The notes: generated by a model from the letters alone, not told the origin. A stretch of DNA of 32,000 bases from Moraxella nasovis (GCF_022701215.1 NZ_CP089976.1:1230001-1262000); one strand, 5' to 3'; shown: positions 1 to 9,610, numbered from the stretch's first letter. Translations and numbers: made by a program.

Positions 1-2
1 GC

Positions 3-944
3 TTGCATCAGCACCGCTTGCAGGGCGTGCCAATTAGCGTAGCGGTATTTAGCAATCTAAGCCGAGATCATTTAGATTATCATGCTGATATGGATGACTA
101 TGCCGCCGCTAAAGCAAAGCTGTTTGATAAAGACTTATTTTCAAGATTGACCCATGCTGTTATCCACCTAGATGATGAATTTAGCGGGCTGATGATTGAT
201 AAAGCTAAGCACTCTAAATTGACAGTTTGGACGTATAGTACAACGAATGCACAGGCGACATTTTTTGCTAAAAATATCACCCCAAGTTTAGATGGCGTTC
301 GTTTTACGCTGGTTTGCCCATTTGGCGAGATAGCGTTAAATAGCCCGTTACTTGGGCTATTTAATGTGGCAAATTTATTAGCGAGCGTGGCGACATTATT
401 AGCAATTAGCCCAAGTGCCTTTAATGATTTGCCAAAATTAGTTGCCCATTTACAAGGTGCTAGGGGGCGAATGGAGAGAGTTTGCCCTGATAAAACCCCT
501 TGTGTTATCGTTGATTATGCCCATACACCAGACGCATTAACGCAAGTTTTGACAAACCTAAAAGCCCACTGCTTAGGCAAGCTTTGGGCGGTGTTCGGCT
601 GTGGTGGCGATAGGGATAGGGGTAAGCGTCCCTTGATGGCAAAGGCAGGGCTTGCTTTGGCAGATAAAGTTGTGCTAACAAGCGATAATCCACGCACCGA
701 AAAGCCGACCGCCATCTTAGCTGATATGCAAGTGGGTATGACTTGCGAAGAGCATTATAAGACGGTGATTGAGGCTGACCGTGCTAAAGCCATTGAGTAT
801 GCGGTAAAAAACGCTAACGCTGATGATATCGTGGTTATCGCAGGTAAGGGGCATGAGACTTACCAAGAGATTAATGGTGTAAGGCATGATTTTGATGATA
901 CGGTAGTGGTAAAGTCACTACTCAATGAAGATGGCTTAGACTAA
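3..944 (+). CDS. murE: UDP-N-acetylmuramoyl-L-alanyl-D-glutamate--2,6-diaminopimelate ligase, C-terminal ~313 aa (5' end lies outside the window)
   Basis: The ORF is open from the window edge. It carries Mur-ligase motifs (NLSRDHLDYH, DYAHTPDAL, GCGGDRDRGKRP, TSDNPR, AGKGHE). murF and mraY follow in dcw order. Confidence 0.9.
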   Translation: MHQHRLQGVPISVAVFSNLSRDHLDYHADMDDYAAAKAKLFDKDLFSRLTHAVIHLDDEFSGLMIDKAKHSKLTVWTYSTTNAQATFFAKNITPSLDGVRFTLVCPFGEIALNSPLLGLFNVANLLASVATLLAISPSAFNDLPKLVAHLQGARGRMERVCPDKTPCVIVDYAHTPDALTQVLTNLKAHCLGKLWAVFGCGGDRDRGKRPLMAKAGLALADKVVLTSDNPRTEKPTAILADMQVGMTCEEHYKTVIEADRAKAIEYAVKNANADDIVVIAGKGHETYQEINGVRHDFDDTVVVKSLLNEDGLD

Positions 945-1073
945 CTAACTACGCTAGAGAATATGGAATATAACAAGGTTAAGTGTCTAACAATAAGATT
1001 AAGATTATAGGCATAGATGTATTTTTGTAGTTTGGCATTCGTTTTTAGATTTAGTATTGTTGTGCGATAAGAG

Positions 1074-1104
1074 CCGAAAATCTGATGATTTTCGGTTTTT
1101 ATTT
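1074..1104 (+). terminator. Rho-independent terminator 130 nt downstream of murE
   Basis: Perfect 9-bp stem ccgaaaatc/gattttcgg with a 4-nt loop (tgat), followed by TTTTTATTT. Confidence 0.65.
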
Positions 1105-1229
1105 GGTCTTAATTTTAATGACATGTAACCAAAACTAAACGTTTTATTTCACTTTAGGCGGTTGACTTATGATAAAATTATCGGTTTAGGAAAAATTAAT
1201 CCGTTGTTTTGATTTTGGCAAAAAAGATC

Positions 1230-1874
1230 ATGAAAAAATTTTATCTCATTCGTCATGCTCAAAGCGAAACTAATGCAGGGCTTGCCATTCGTCCAAATCA
1301 CGCCATTAATCTCACTAAGCTTGGTAATTTGCAGGCACTAGAGCTTGCCCAGTGGCTAAAAAATACCATCAAAGAGCCGATTAGCGATGTTTTTGTGTCA
1401 AGTTATGTCCGCACACAACAAACTGCTAAGCCTTTTTTAGGTATTATAGATAAAGAAGCGATTGTCATTGATGAGCTGCATGAATTTAATTATTTAGATT
1501 TTGACCGCATCAAGGATTTGACAGTTCATGAGATGGTACGCCTTGCCGATGAATTTTGGACAACTAATGTCAATCATAAAGACAGCGATGCCACAGAAAG
1601 TTTTTTACAATTTATAGAGCGTGTAAGATGGGTGAGAAATTTTTTTCGCAGTTTGCCTGATGGCAATTATGTCGTATTTACGCATGGTATGTGGATTGGT
1701 ATGTTAATCTGGCAAATATTACACCAAGATGGCCCACGCATGCATAATATGGCTAAATTTCGTGCGTTTGAGTTGGCGATACGCCCAAAAAATTGCGAAG
1801 TTTTCATATTAACAGGCGACAGTATTACCAAGGCTTATACTAAAAACGACAGACAAGATGGCGATATTCGCTAA
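1230..1874 (+). CDS. Histidine phosphatase superfamily (phosphoglycerate-mutase-like) protein
   Basis: RHG-type motif LIRHAQSETN near the N-terminus, SSYVRTQQTA, and a distal catalytic His in VFTHGMW. The ATG at 1230 is preferred over the TTG at 1209. The stop lies only 19 nt before the murF ATG. Confidence 0.8.
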   Translation: MKKFYLIRHAQSETNAGLAIRPNHAINLTKLGNLQALELAQWLKNTIKEPISDVFVSSYVRTQQTAKPFLGIIDKEAIVIDELHEFNYLDFDRIKDLTVHEMVRLADEFWTTNVNHKDSDATESFLQFIERVRWVRNFFRSLPDGNYVVFTHGMWIGMLIWQILHQDGPRMHNMAKFRAFELAIRPKNCEVFILTGDSITKAYTKNDRQDGDIR

Positions 1875-1893
1875 ATAATAAACAGAGTAAATC

Positions 1894-3378
1894 ATGACTG
1901 CTTATCTTTGGGTAAAACACACCTTACAAGCTGCCACAAACGGCATTTGGCATAATTTAGATGGCGACTTAACCACTACCAAAATCACTACCGACACACG
2001 CCAAATCAGTGAAGGTGATGTTTTTTTGGCTCTTAAAGGCGACAATTTTGATGGGCATGATTTTATTGACGTGGCTGTCCAAAAAGGAGCGGTAGCTGTC
2101 ATCGTCAGCCAAGTTTGTAATACAAATATCGCTCAGCTTGTGGTGGATGATACTCGTCTGGCACTAGGTCATCTTGGTAAATTTCGCCGTGATGTCCACC
2201 CTGATTTGACCGTGATTGCTCTAACAGGCAGCAGTGGCAAGACCACAACTAAAGAAATGCTTGGCAGTATTTTTAGCCAAGTTGCACCAACACTCATAAC
2301 ACGTGGTAATCTTAATAACGATTTAGGCGTGCCGATGATGCTTTTAGAGCTGACTGATGAGCATCGTTTTGCGGTGATGGAGCTTGGGGCAAATCATGTG
2401 GGTGAGATTGCTTATACAGCGTCGCTCGTTCGCCCTGATGTGGCGTGTGTCTTAAACATTGGCACAGCCCACTTGGGGGAGTTTGGTGGTAGAGATAACA
2501 TCGCTCGGACGAAAGCGGAGATTTTTTCGGCATTGACGAACGATGGTGTGGCAGTATTGCCTTTTGGTGATGAGTTTTTTGATAAATTACAAGATGAAGC
2601 GGCGAGGTTTACCAAAAACATCATCACTTTTGGTGAAAAACAAGTGCCAGTTAGCAAGGCAGGCATTGATTTTAATGACTTAAGCGATGATGAAAAAGTT
2701 GAGCTTAGCTGTCTTGAAACTGTGCTCTTGATGGGCGATGTCTTTGCTGATGATGTTGAGACTTTGGCAACGTGTAGTGAGTTTACCCTAAGTGTGAATT
2801 TAGCGGTTGATGATATTGACAGTGATGAAGTAACACTGCCCTTTATAGGTGAGCATAATGTGGTGAACGCCTTGGCAGCAGCAGCGATAGCGACATCGCT
2901 AGGCATGCCACTTGATATGATTAAATCAGGGCTAAACAACGCTGTGCCACCTAAAGGGCGTCTGACTCGCATGGAGTTTGGCGATCATCTGCTCATTGAT
3001 GATACTTATAACGCCAATCCAAATTCAATCTTTATGGCAGCTAAAGTCCTAGAAAATGAAACTGCCCAAAAGATTTTGGTGCTAGGTGATGTTGGTGAGC
3101 TTGGCGATGCAGCTAAGCTTGAGCATTATAAATTAGGACAAAAGCTTGCTGAACTTGAGTTAGATTATGTGCTGACTGTCGGTCAATTCATGGCTCATTG
3201 TACCGCTGCCATTAATGAAATTAAGCCTGATTTGGCTCGACATTTTTCTAATAAAGCTGAAGTCTTGACAGCAATTCAAGCACTATTAAGCGAGCCGTCA
3301 GCGGTGTTATTTAAAGGATCTCGCACAGCGAGAATGGAAACGTTGATTGATAATTTAACCCAAACCCCTAATTCATAA
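1894..3378 (+). CDS. murF: UDP-N-acetylmuramoyl-tripeptide--D-alanyl-D-alanine ligase
   Basis: P-loop LTGSSGKTTTKEML, DDTYNANPNS and FKGSR motifs. The gene sits between murE and mraY. Confidence 0.9.
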   Translation: MTAYLWVKHTLQAATNGIWHNLDGDLTTTKITTDTRQISEGDVFLALKGDNFDGHDFIDVAVQKGAVAVIVSQVCNTNIAQLVVDDTRLALGHLGKFRRDVHPDLTVIALTGSSGKTTTKEMLGSIFSQVAPTLITRGNLNNDLGVPMMLLELTDEHRFAVMELGANHVGEIAYTASLVRPDVACVLNIGTAHLGEFGGRDNIARTKAEIFSALTNDGVAVLPFGDEFFDKLQDEAARFTKNIITFGEKQVPVSKAGIDFNDLSDDEKVELSCLETVLLMGDVFADDVETLATCSEFTLSVNLAVDDIDSDEVTLPFIGEHNVVNALAAAAIATSLGMPLDMIKSGLNNAVPPKGRLTRMEFGDHLLIDDTYNANPNSIFMAAKVLENETAQKILVLGDVGELGDAAKLEHYKLGQKLAELELDYVLTVGQFMAHCTAAINEIKPDLARHFSNKAEVLTAIQALLSEPSAVLFKGSRTARMETLIDNLTQTPNS

Positions 3379-3396
3379 AAATAAAAAGGCACAACT

Positions 3397-4509
3397 ATGT
3401 TGTACTGGCTCATTGATTACTTGAATATTTTGCACGATAAGACCATCGCATCGGTCGGGCTTAGAAGTCTGCTTGCGGTCTTGACAAGCCTTGTGATTGT
3501 TATTGGCTTTGGTCGCCCTGTTATTACGTATTTGCGAGAGCTGAAGTACGGTCAGGCAGTACGAAACGATGGACCAAAAACACACCTTGCCAAGCAAGGT
3601 ACACCAACGATGGGAGGTGTGCTGATTTTGGCGGCGATTGGCATCTCGACACTGCTGTGGACCAATCTTGCTAATCCGTATGTGTGGATTGTGATGGCGG
3701 TGATGGCGATTTTTGGTGCAGTTGGCTGGGCAGATGATTGGCTAAAAATTAAGCACAAAAACCCCCAAGGGCTTATCGCTCGTAAAAAATATTTCTGGCT
3801 GTCGGTGGGGTCGCTGATAGCAGGCGTGTGGCTGTACATTATCGCTAAGGGGCAAGCTGACATCACAGCCACACAAGCCATGCAAGATTTACTTATCCCA
3901 CTTACCAAAAACTGGATTATCCCGCTATCTGCCATTCCTTTTGGGATTGGGTTTATTGGTTTTACTTATCTTGTCTTAGCAGGCTCGTCTAATGCGGTTA
4001 ATCTCACCGATGGTTTAGATGGACTTGTCTCGTTGCCTGTGGCACTGGTAGCGACAGGTCTTGGGGTATTTGCCTATATCTCAGGCAATGCGGTTTGGGC
4101 AAATTATATGAATGTGCCGTTCATCGCATATAACAGTGATGTTGTCGTCATTTGTGCAGCGATGGTGGGGGCGTGCCTTGGCTTTTTATGGTATAACGCA
4201 TCGCCTGCAGAAGTGTTTATGGGCGATGTTGGGGCGTTAAGTCTTGGAGGTATGCTTGGCGTGATTGCCATCATGACTCGCCAAGAGATTGCTTTTGCGA
4301 TTATGGGCGGGATTTTTGTGGCAGAAGCATTATCAGTGATGTTACAAGTTGGCTCATACAAGTTACGCAAAAAGCGGATTTTTTTGATGGCTCCTTTACA
4401 TCACCATTTTGAAGAAAAAGGACTAAAAGAGACTAAAGTAGTCGCACGTTTTTATATCATCTGCATTATTTTAGTGGTGCTTGGGCTAATGACATTAAAG
4501 TTGCGATAG
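3397..4509 (+). CDS. mraY: Phospho-N-acetylmuramoyl-pentapeptide transferase
   Basis: Polytopic membrane protein with MraY motifs ([38 protein letters not shown]). Confidence 0.95.
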   Translation: MLYWLIDYLNILHDKTIASVGLRSLLAVLTSLVIVIGFGRPVITYLRELKYGQAVRNDGPKTHLAKQGTPTMGGVLILAAIGISTLLWTNLANPYVWIVMAVMAIFGAVGWADDWLKIKHKNPQGLIARKKYFWLSVGSLIAGVWLYIIAKGQADITATQAMQDLLIPLTKNWIIPLSAIPFGIGFIGFTYLVLAGSSNAVNLTDGLDGLVSLPVALVATGLGVFAYISGNAVWANYMNVPFIAYNSDVVVICAAMVGACLGFLWYNASPAEVFMGDVGALSLGGMLGVIAIMTRQEIAFAIMGGIFVAEALSVMLQVGSYKLRKKRIFLMAPLHHHFEEKGLKETKVVARFYIICIILVVLGLMTLKLR

Positions 4510-4519
4510 TATCTTTTAT

Positions 4520-4563
4520 CCACCAAAAAAGGCGTGCCGATACTGTACGCCTTTTTTTGGTGG
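4520..4563 (+). terminator. Strong rho-independent terminator after mraY
   Basis: ccaccaaaaaaggcg / cgcctttttttggtgg forms a ~15-bp stem around a 13-nt loop, with the T-run inside the 3' arm. Confidence 0.75.
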
Positions 4564-4790
4564 GTGTCAGACTTTGGTAGTATCGCCTAGTAAATCACAA
4601 ATAACAAAATCATGGTACAATATTAATAAGTTTGATAATGCTTGGTATTGTTTGCATTAAAATCAGCTGAATTTTAGCTCAGACCGCTTAGCTTGAATAA
4701 GGGTCGTTTGATCTGCGATTCATCATGATTTTGATGCAGCCATTAGTTTTTTATAGCCGTGTATTTTCGGTATTTTATTTGGTTGCGATT

Positions 4791-6023
4791 ATGACTCATT
4801 TTGTTAATTCTAAGGCTGTTGCCAAGCCATTTCCTGTGTTATGGGTGATGATGCTTGGCATGATGGTTGCCATAGGTCCGCTTGCTATTGATATGTATTT
4901 GCCTGCTTTGCCAACGATGGCAGACGAGTTTGGCGTGCCTGTGAGTGAAGTGGCAAAATCTGTGCCGTTTTATTTTATCGGACTTGTATTTGGTCAGCTG
5001 TTTTATGGACCATTCTCAGACCGTGTGGGGCGTGTGTTACCCATGTATCTTGGCATGACGCTGTTTGTCATTGCAAGTGTGATTTGTGCTACTACCACAA
5101 GTGAGACGGTGCTATTTATTGCTCGGACGGTGCAGGCGTTAGGGGCGTGTGTGACAGCGGTGGTTACTCGTGCTGCCATTCGTGATACGCTTAATCCTGT
5201 GCAATCGGCTCGAGCCTTTAGCCTGATGGTATTGGTAATGGGGCTTGCTCCGATTTTAGCACCAAGCCTTGGGGCATTTGTGCTAAGGTTTGCCAGTTGG
5301 CATATGATTTTTTGGATATTAGTGGCGTATGGTGTACTAAATTTAGTACTGACTAAGCTGTTTTTAAAAGAAACACTGTCGCCAGAAAAACGAAATACCG
5401 CCCCTATTTTACATACCTTTGCAAATTATCTGGACTTAATAAAGGACAAAAGCTTTATCGTGCCAGCAGTAGCAGGTGGATTGCTTCAGGGGGCTTTTTT
5501 CATTTACTTATCCATCTCAAGTGAACTATTTATGGTTGGTTATGGTTTATCTGAGCGGCAGTTTGCCATTGCTTTTGGGGCGAATGCGTTTGGTTTTATT
5601 GCCATGACGCAGGTGAATCAATTTTTAACCAAGAAATTTAGATTGGTACAGTTGTTTCGCTTTGGGGCGTTAATGCAGCTGATGTGTGGCCTGTGCTTGC
5701 TTTTACTCGGTGTGGTATTTGGTGAGCAAGCGAACTTTTGGCTTGTGTTTGTTTGTATCTTTTGTTGCATTGCAGGGCTTGGTCTAACTCAGCCAAATGC
5801 TGCCGCCATCGCCTTGGCGTTCCAAAAAAAGCGTGCAGGTATGGCGTCTGCAATGCAAGGGGCGATGCAATTTAGCGTGGGGATTGTTGGCGGTTTATTA
5901 CTAAGTTTATTTTCAGTCACGCCTGTGCTTAAGCTTGGCATTATCATCAGCGTACTTGTACTGATTGGTACGATATTGGTATTTAGCCTTGATGGTAAGC
6001 TTGATTTATCAAAAGTAGATTAG
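4791..6023 (+). CDS. MFS transporter, Bcr/CflA-type drug efflux family
   Basis: About 12 predicted TM segments. N-terminal signature AIGPLAIDMYLPALPTMADEFG and GPFSDRVGR (MFS motif A). The ATG at 4791 is preferred over the upstream in-frame ATG at 4725. Confidence 0.8.
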   Translation: MTHFVNSKAVAKPFPVLWVMMLGMMVAIGPLAIDMYLPALPTMADEFGVPVSEVAKSVPFYFIGLVFGQLFYGPFSDRVGRVLPMYLGMTLFVIASVICATTTSETVLFIARTVQALGACVTAVVTRAAIRDTLNPVQSARAFSLMVLVMGLAPILAPSLGAFVLRFASWHMIFWILVAYGVLNLVLTKLFLKETLSPEKRNTAPILHTFANYLDLIKDKSFIVPAVAGGLLQGAFFIYLSISSELFMVGYGLSERQFAIAFGANAFGFIAMTQVNQFLTKKFRLVQLFRFGALMQLMCGLCLLLLGVVFGEQANFWLVFVCIFCCIAGLGLTQPNAAAIALAFQKKRAGMASAMQGAMQFSVGIVGGLLLSLFSVTPVLKLGIIISVLVLIGTILVFSLDGKLDLSKVD

Positions 6024-6050
6024 TAAATTTTAAGCAAAAAGACCCCAAAA

Positions 6051-6082
6051 TCATCACCCACCCCGATGATAGGGGTGGTGAT
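6051..6082 (-). terminator. Hairpin overlapping the rlmH stop codon; probable rlmH terminator
   Basis: GC-rich stem tcatcacccacccc / ggggtggtgat (11 bp with a 1-nt bulge). On the minus strand it is followed by gattttggggtcttttt. Confidence 0.4.
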
Positions 6083-6536
6083 TAATAATGGTCATCGCAC
6101 GGTACAGCTGTTCGGTTAGGACGACACGCACAAGCGGATGCGGCAAGGTTAATTCAGAGAGTGACCATTTAAAGTCTGCTGCCGCTAAGATGTCTTTTGA
6201 TACGCCATCTGCTCCACCAATGACCAAAGCAATGTCTGCCCCATCTTGCATGGCGATTTGTAATTTATCTGCTAAGCGTTCGGTGCTGAGCATTTTACCA
6301 GTTACTTCCAGTACCCAGAGTTTTTCGTTATCGTGCTTGGCAGATAAGATGGCACAAGCTTCGGTTTGTTTATATTTATCAATCTCGGCAGATGATGGGT
6401 TTTTACTGCGTTTGGCAGGGGGTATTTCGATGATTTCGGTACTCATCATAGGGGCGATGCGTTTTAGATATTCGTTAATGCCAGTTTGTACCCAGTTTGG
6501 CATCTTATGCCCAACGCTTAAAATTCTAAGTTTCAT
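6054..6536 (-). CDS. rlmH: 23S rRNA (pseudouridine1915-N3)-methyltransferase (SPOUT family)
   Basis: Size of ~160 aa. N-terminus MKLRILSVGHKMPNWVQTGINEYLKR and C-terminal LTLPHPLVRVVLTEQLYRA are typical of RlmH. Confidence 0.9.
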   Translation of the reverse strand: MKLRILSVGHKMPNWVQTGINEYLKRIAPMMSTEIIEIPPAKRSKNPSSAEIDKYKQTEACAILSAKHDNEKLWVLEVTGKMLSTERLADKLQIAMQDGADIALVIGGADGVSKDILAAADFKWSLSELTLPHPLVRVVLTEQLYRAMTIINHHPYHRGG

Positions 6537-6753
6537 AAATTAAATTGATTGTGTTTTGAAAATTGTGCAAAGCATAGCAAATTTTATCCAATTTTGCTAT
6601 GATGATACCTTTTAATCAATAAAGTGATTGGTGCGATGACGCAAGCACAGACAGATGATAAGCATTATCAATACGCACGATTTGACAGCAAAAAGCAAGC
6701 ATGGCATGATAAATTGATAAAGATGGTTGCCATAACAGCAATCAAAAACTGAC

Positions 6754-7161
6754 ATGGCGACATCTAAGTCAAGTGCACGACAAATAGGCACTCGCTTTGA
6801 ACGATTGGCGTGCAAATTTTTAACTGCTCAAGGTTTGCAAATTATCACAACCAATTACAATGTCGCTTTGGTTGGTGAGATTGATGTTGTTGCATTAGGG
6901 CAAACATCGCTTGGTAACAAAGTTTTTAAGACGCTTGTCTTTGTGGAAGTTAAAGCTCGCCGCCGTAGTCAGTTTGCCAGCAGTCTTGAGACAGTAACGC
7001 TTGCTAAGCAAAGAAAGATTATTAAAGCGGCCGAGCATTTTATCGCACAACATGATAAGTTTGCCGATTGTGATTGTCGCTTTGATGTCATAGGTTTTGA
7101 TACCAAATCTGATGGCAATATTGATCTAAATTGGATTCAAGCGGCTTTTTTGGTGGATTGA
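6754..7161 (+). CDS. yraN: YraN family (UPF0102) endonuclease-like protein
   Basis: G.RFE..A..FL...G followed by GEIDVVAL and VFVEVKARR (restriction-endonuclease-like core). It sits upstream of the BON lipoprotein, as in the E. coli yraN...dolP locus. Confidence 0.8.
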   Translation: MATSKSSARQIGTRFERLACKFLTAQGLQIITTNYNVALVGEIDVVALGQTSLGNKVFKTLVFVEVKARRRSQFASSLETVTLAKQRKIIKAAEHFIAQHDKFADCDCRFDVIGFDTKSDGNIDLNWIQAAFLVD

Positions 7162-7194
7162 TTGAGAACATTTAATACAACACTAGGGTGGATA

Positions 7195-8034
7195 ATGAAA
7201 TATATGATAAAGCCTTTGATGGCGGTATGTGTACTAGCAAGCCTGACAGCATGTAGTACGCTTGGCATGGGTGATGATAATCAAAACTATGGTTCATACG
7301 AGTTTGGACGCAGCGTTCCTGAGCGTATTAGCGATGAGAGTATTGAGTTAACTGCACGCCGTAATTTAAACCGTGTGAGTGGTATAAGTCCAGACACAGT
7401 GAGAATCGCCATTGACAGCTTTCAGCGTGAAGTACTGTTGACAGGTGAAGTGGCTGACGAGACCACAAAAAAAGACGTCGAGAAGATGATTGGATCCATG
7501 AAAGATGTTAAGCAAGTCTATAACTATCTGACCGTAACGCCTACCCCAAAAAGCCAAAGCCACACACTCCAAGAAGGCTATATAAAGGCGAAAATTGGAA
7601 CAAAGCTGCTTGCTAACACCGCCATTAAGTCATCACAATATAAAATCGTCGTGCGTAATCAGATCGCCTATGTACTTGGCTACATGACAGCTGAACAAAG
7701 AGATTATATTTATGATGCAGTTCAAAACACCGCAGGCATGGCATCAGTAGTCGGGCTGATGACGATTATCTCGCAGACTGATAAGGCTCAAGATGTGGCG
7801 GTGGGTATGTCGCCAAGTACGCCCGCACCCACGCCAGCTGCTGTGGTTGCCACCCCTATTCAGGCAGCACCTAGCATTGTGCCAAACGCACAGCCAACGT
7901 CAGGTGCGTACACCATGCAAGAAATCTATTTACCAAATGCAAGCACGAATGCACCAATCAACGCAAGCCCTGTATATGCCCCATCATCAGGCAGCAGTTA
8001 TATTGAGTTATACCAAGGGACAAATAAACCTTAA
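7195..8034 (+). CDS. dolP: Dual BON-domain outer-membrane lipoprotein (DolP/YraP-like) with a Pro/Ala-rich C-terminal tail
   Basis: Signal peptide with lipobox LTAC. Two BON-like modules (ESIELTARRNL...VYNYLTV and GYIKAKIGTKLL...VVGLMT). The ATG at 7195 is preferred over the TTG at 7162. Confidence 0.7.
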   Translation: MKYMIKPLMAVCVLASLTACSTLGMGDDNQNYGSYEFGRSVPERISDESIELTARRNLNRVSGISPDTVRIAIDSFQREVLLTGEVADETTKKDVEKMIGSMKDVKQVYNYLTVTPTPKSQSHTLQEGYIKAKIGTKLLANTAIKSSQYKIVVRNQIAYVLGYMTAEQRDYIYDAVQNTAGMASVVGLMTIISQTDKAQDVAVGMSPSTPAPTPAAVVATPIQAAPSIVPNAQPTSGAYTMQEIYLPNASTNAPINASPVYAPSSGSSYIELYQGTNKP

Positions 8035-8082
8035 ACAGTGATAATGCACTAAAAATTTTTATTTTTATTTAACGAGAACGCC

Positions 8083-8322
8083 ATGAATGCAGATGATCTA
8101 ATCACCGCTTTACGCCCCCACTTTCCCAACGCTGAAATCCAAGCGGTGAATAACGGCAATAAATTTGAAGTATTAATAGTTGATGATAGTTTTGATGGTA
8201 AGCGCTTAGTTCAGCGTCAGCAAGCTGTCTATGCCATTGCCAATCCATTTATCCAAAGTGGTGCGATTCACGCCCTTAGTATCCACGCCCTAACCCCAAG
8301 CGAATATGCTGAGCGTAAATAA
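8083..8322 (+). CDS. ibaG: BolA-family protein IbaG (YrbA)
   Basis: 79 aa with BolA motifs (F.V.IVDD.F.GK..V.RQQ.VY and IHALSIHALTP). It lies immediately upstream of murA, as in E. coli and Pseudomonas. Confidence 0.8.
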   Translation: MNADDLITALRPHFPNAEIQAVNNGNKFEVLIVDDSFDGKRLVQRQQAVYAIANPFIQSGAIHALSIHALTPSEYAERK

Positions 8323-8340
8323 GGATAAAAGGATAAGACG

Positions 8341-9603
8341 ATGGATAAATTTAAAATTATCGGCAAAAGCCGTATTGCAGGCGAAGTTACCATCTCTGGC
8401 TCAAAAAATGCAGCCCTGCCATTACTTGCTGCTATGCTACTGCCAAACGGTGAGACTGTGCTGCACAACGTACCAACTTTAAAAGACACCGAAACATTAG
8501 TTAAGCTAATTGGTGGTATGGGTGTTCGCATTAAAAAAGAAGCCAATACTGTCATCGCAGATGCTCGCACGGTAACCAACTACTATGCGCCTTATGAGCT
8601 TGTACGCACCATGCGTGCATCCATCTTAGTGTTAGGGCCGCTTTTGGCACGATTTGGCGAAGCAGAAGTGTCTTTACCGGGTGGCTGCTCTATCGGTTCA
8701 CGCCCTGTGGATCAGCACCTAAAAGCACTAGAGGCAATGGGTGCTGATATCATAGTAGAAAATGGCTATGTAAAAGCTAAAGCCCTTAAAGGCGGTAAGC
8801 TTATCGGCTGTGATTTTACGTTTGATATGGTAACAGTCGGTGGAACAGAAAACACCATCATGGCGGCGGCTTTAGCTTCTGGAACGACACGCCTAGAAAA
8901 CTGTGCCTGCGAGCCTGAAGTGGTGGATTTAGCAAATATGCTGGTTGCTATGGGTGCTAAGATTGATGGCATTGGCACACCGACTATGATTATTGAAGGC
9001 GTGGATAGCCTGCATGGCTGTGAATACAGCGTTATTGCTGACCGTATTGAGACAGGCTCATATCTTGCAGGTGCATTGATGAGCTGTGGTGATGTATTGA
9101 CCAAAAACACAACCACTGGATTTTTACAGCCTGTACTAAAAAAAATGCAAGCGATGGGGGCGGTCATTACCGCAGGCGATGACTGGATTCGTGCTGTGAT
9201 GAAATCTCGCCCTAAGGCGGTAGATATTCGCACGCAAGTTCACCCAGGATTCCCTACCGATATGCAGGCTCAGCTGATGGCGGTATGTTGTCTTGCTGAG
9301 GGGGTAAGCACCATTACTGAAAACATTTTTGAGAATCGTTTTATGCACGTTCCAGAGCTACAGCGTATGGGAGCGAGTATTAAAGTAGATGGACATACTG
9401 CTGTGATTACAGGTGTAGATAGCTTTAGCCCAGCTCCTGTCATGGCAACCGATCTGCGCGCATCTATGTCGCTTGTCATGGCGGCAGCTTGTGCTGATGG
9501 CGAGAGTATGATTGACCGTATTTACCACATTGATCGTGGTTATGAGAATGTGGAGAATAAGCTGCGTGGGCTTGGCGTAAATATTGAACGCATTAAAGCA
9601 TAA
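8341..9603 (+). CDS. murA: UDP-N-acetylglucosamine 1-carboxyvinyltransferase
   Basis: 420 aa. [14 protein letters not shown], the active-site loop [15 protein letters not shown], and a C-terminal YHIDRGYE motif. Confidence 0.95.
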   Translation: MDKFKIIGKSRIAGEVTISGSKNAALPLLAAMLLPNGETVLHNVPTLKDTETLVKLIGGMGVRIKKEANTVIADARTVTNYYAPYELVRTMRASILVLGPLLARFGEAEVSLPGGCSIGSRPVDQHLKALEAMGADIIVENGYVKAKALKGGKLIGCDFTFDMVTVGGTENTIMAAALASGTTRLENCACEPEVVDLANMLVAMGAKIDGIGTPTMIIEGVDSLHGCEYSVIADRIETGSYLAGALMSCGDVLTKNTTTGFLQPVLKKMQAMGAVITAGDDWIRAVMKSRPKAVDIRTQVHPGFPTDMQAQLMAVCCLAEGVSTITENIFENRFMHVPELQRMGASIKVDGHTAVITGVDSFSPAPVMATDLRASMSLVMAAACADGESMIDRIYHIDRGYENVENKLRGLGVNIERIKA

Positions 9604-9610
9604 TATGCCA

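Noticed and set aside
2412-2972. 186-aa minus-strand ORF inside murF. Similar long antisense ORFs occur at 6088-6543 (inside rlmH), 8766-9233 (inside murA), 15278-15649 (inside rho) and 25546-26109 (inside znuB).
   Set aside because: Each lies entirely antisense to a gene with unmistakable family motifs. Their products are low-complexity Ser/Ala/Thr-rich strings with no recognisable motif, RBS or promoter context. These are classic shadow ORFs.
7793-8041. 82-aa plus-strand ORF overlapping the 3' end of the dolP-like gene in another frame.
   Set aside because: Its product is Arg/Gln/Pro-rich, with no start context. It most likely arises from compositional bias in the Pro/Ala-rich tail region. 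I mention it only as a reason to re-check for a frameshift.
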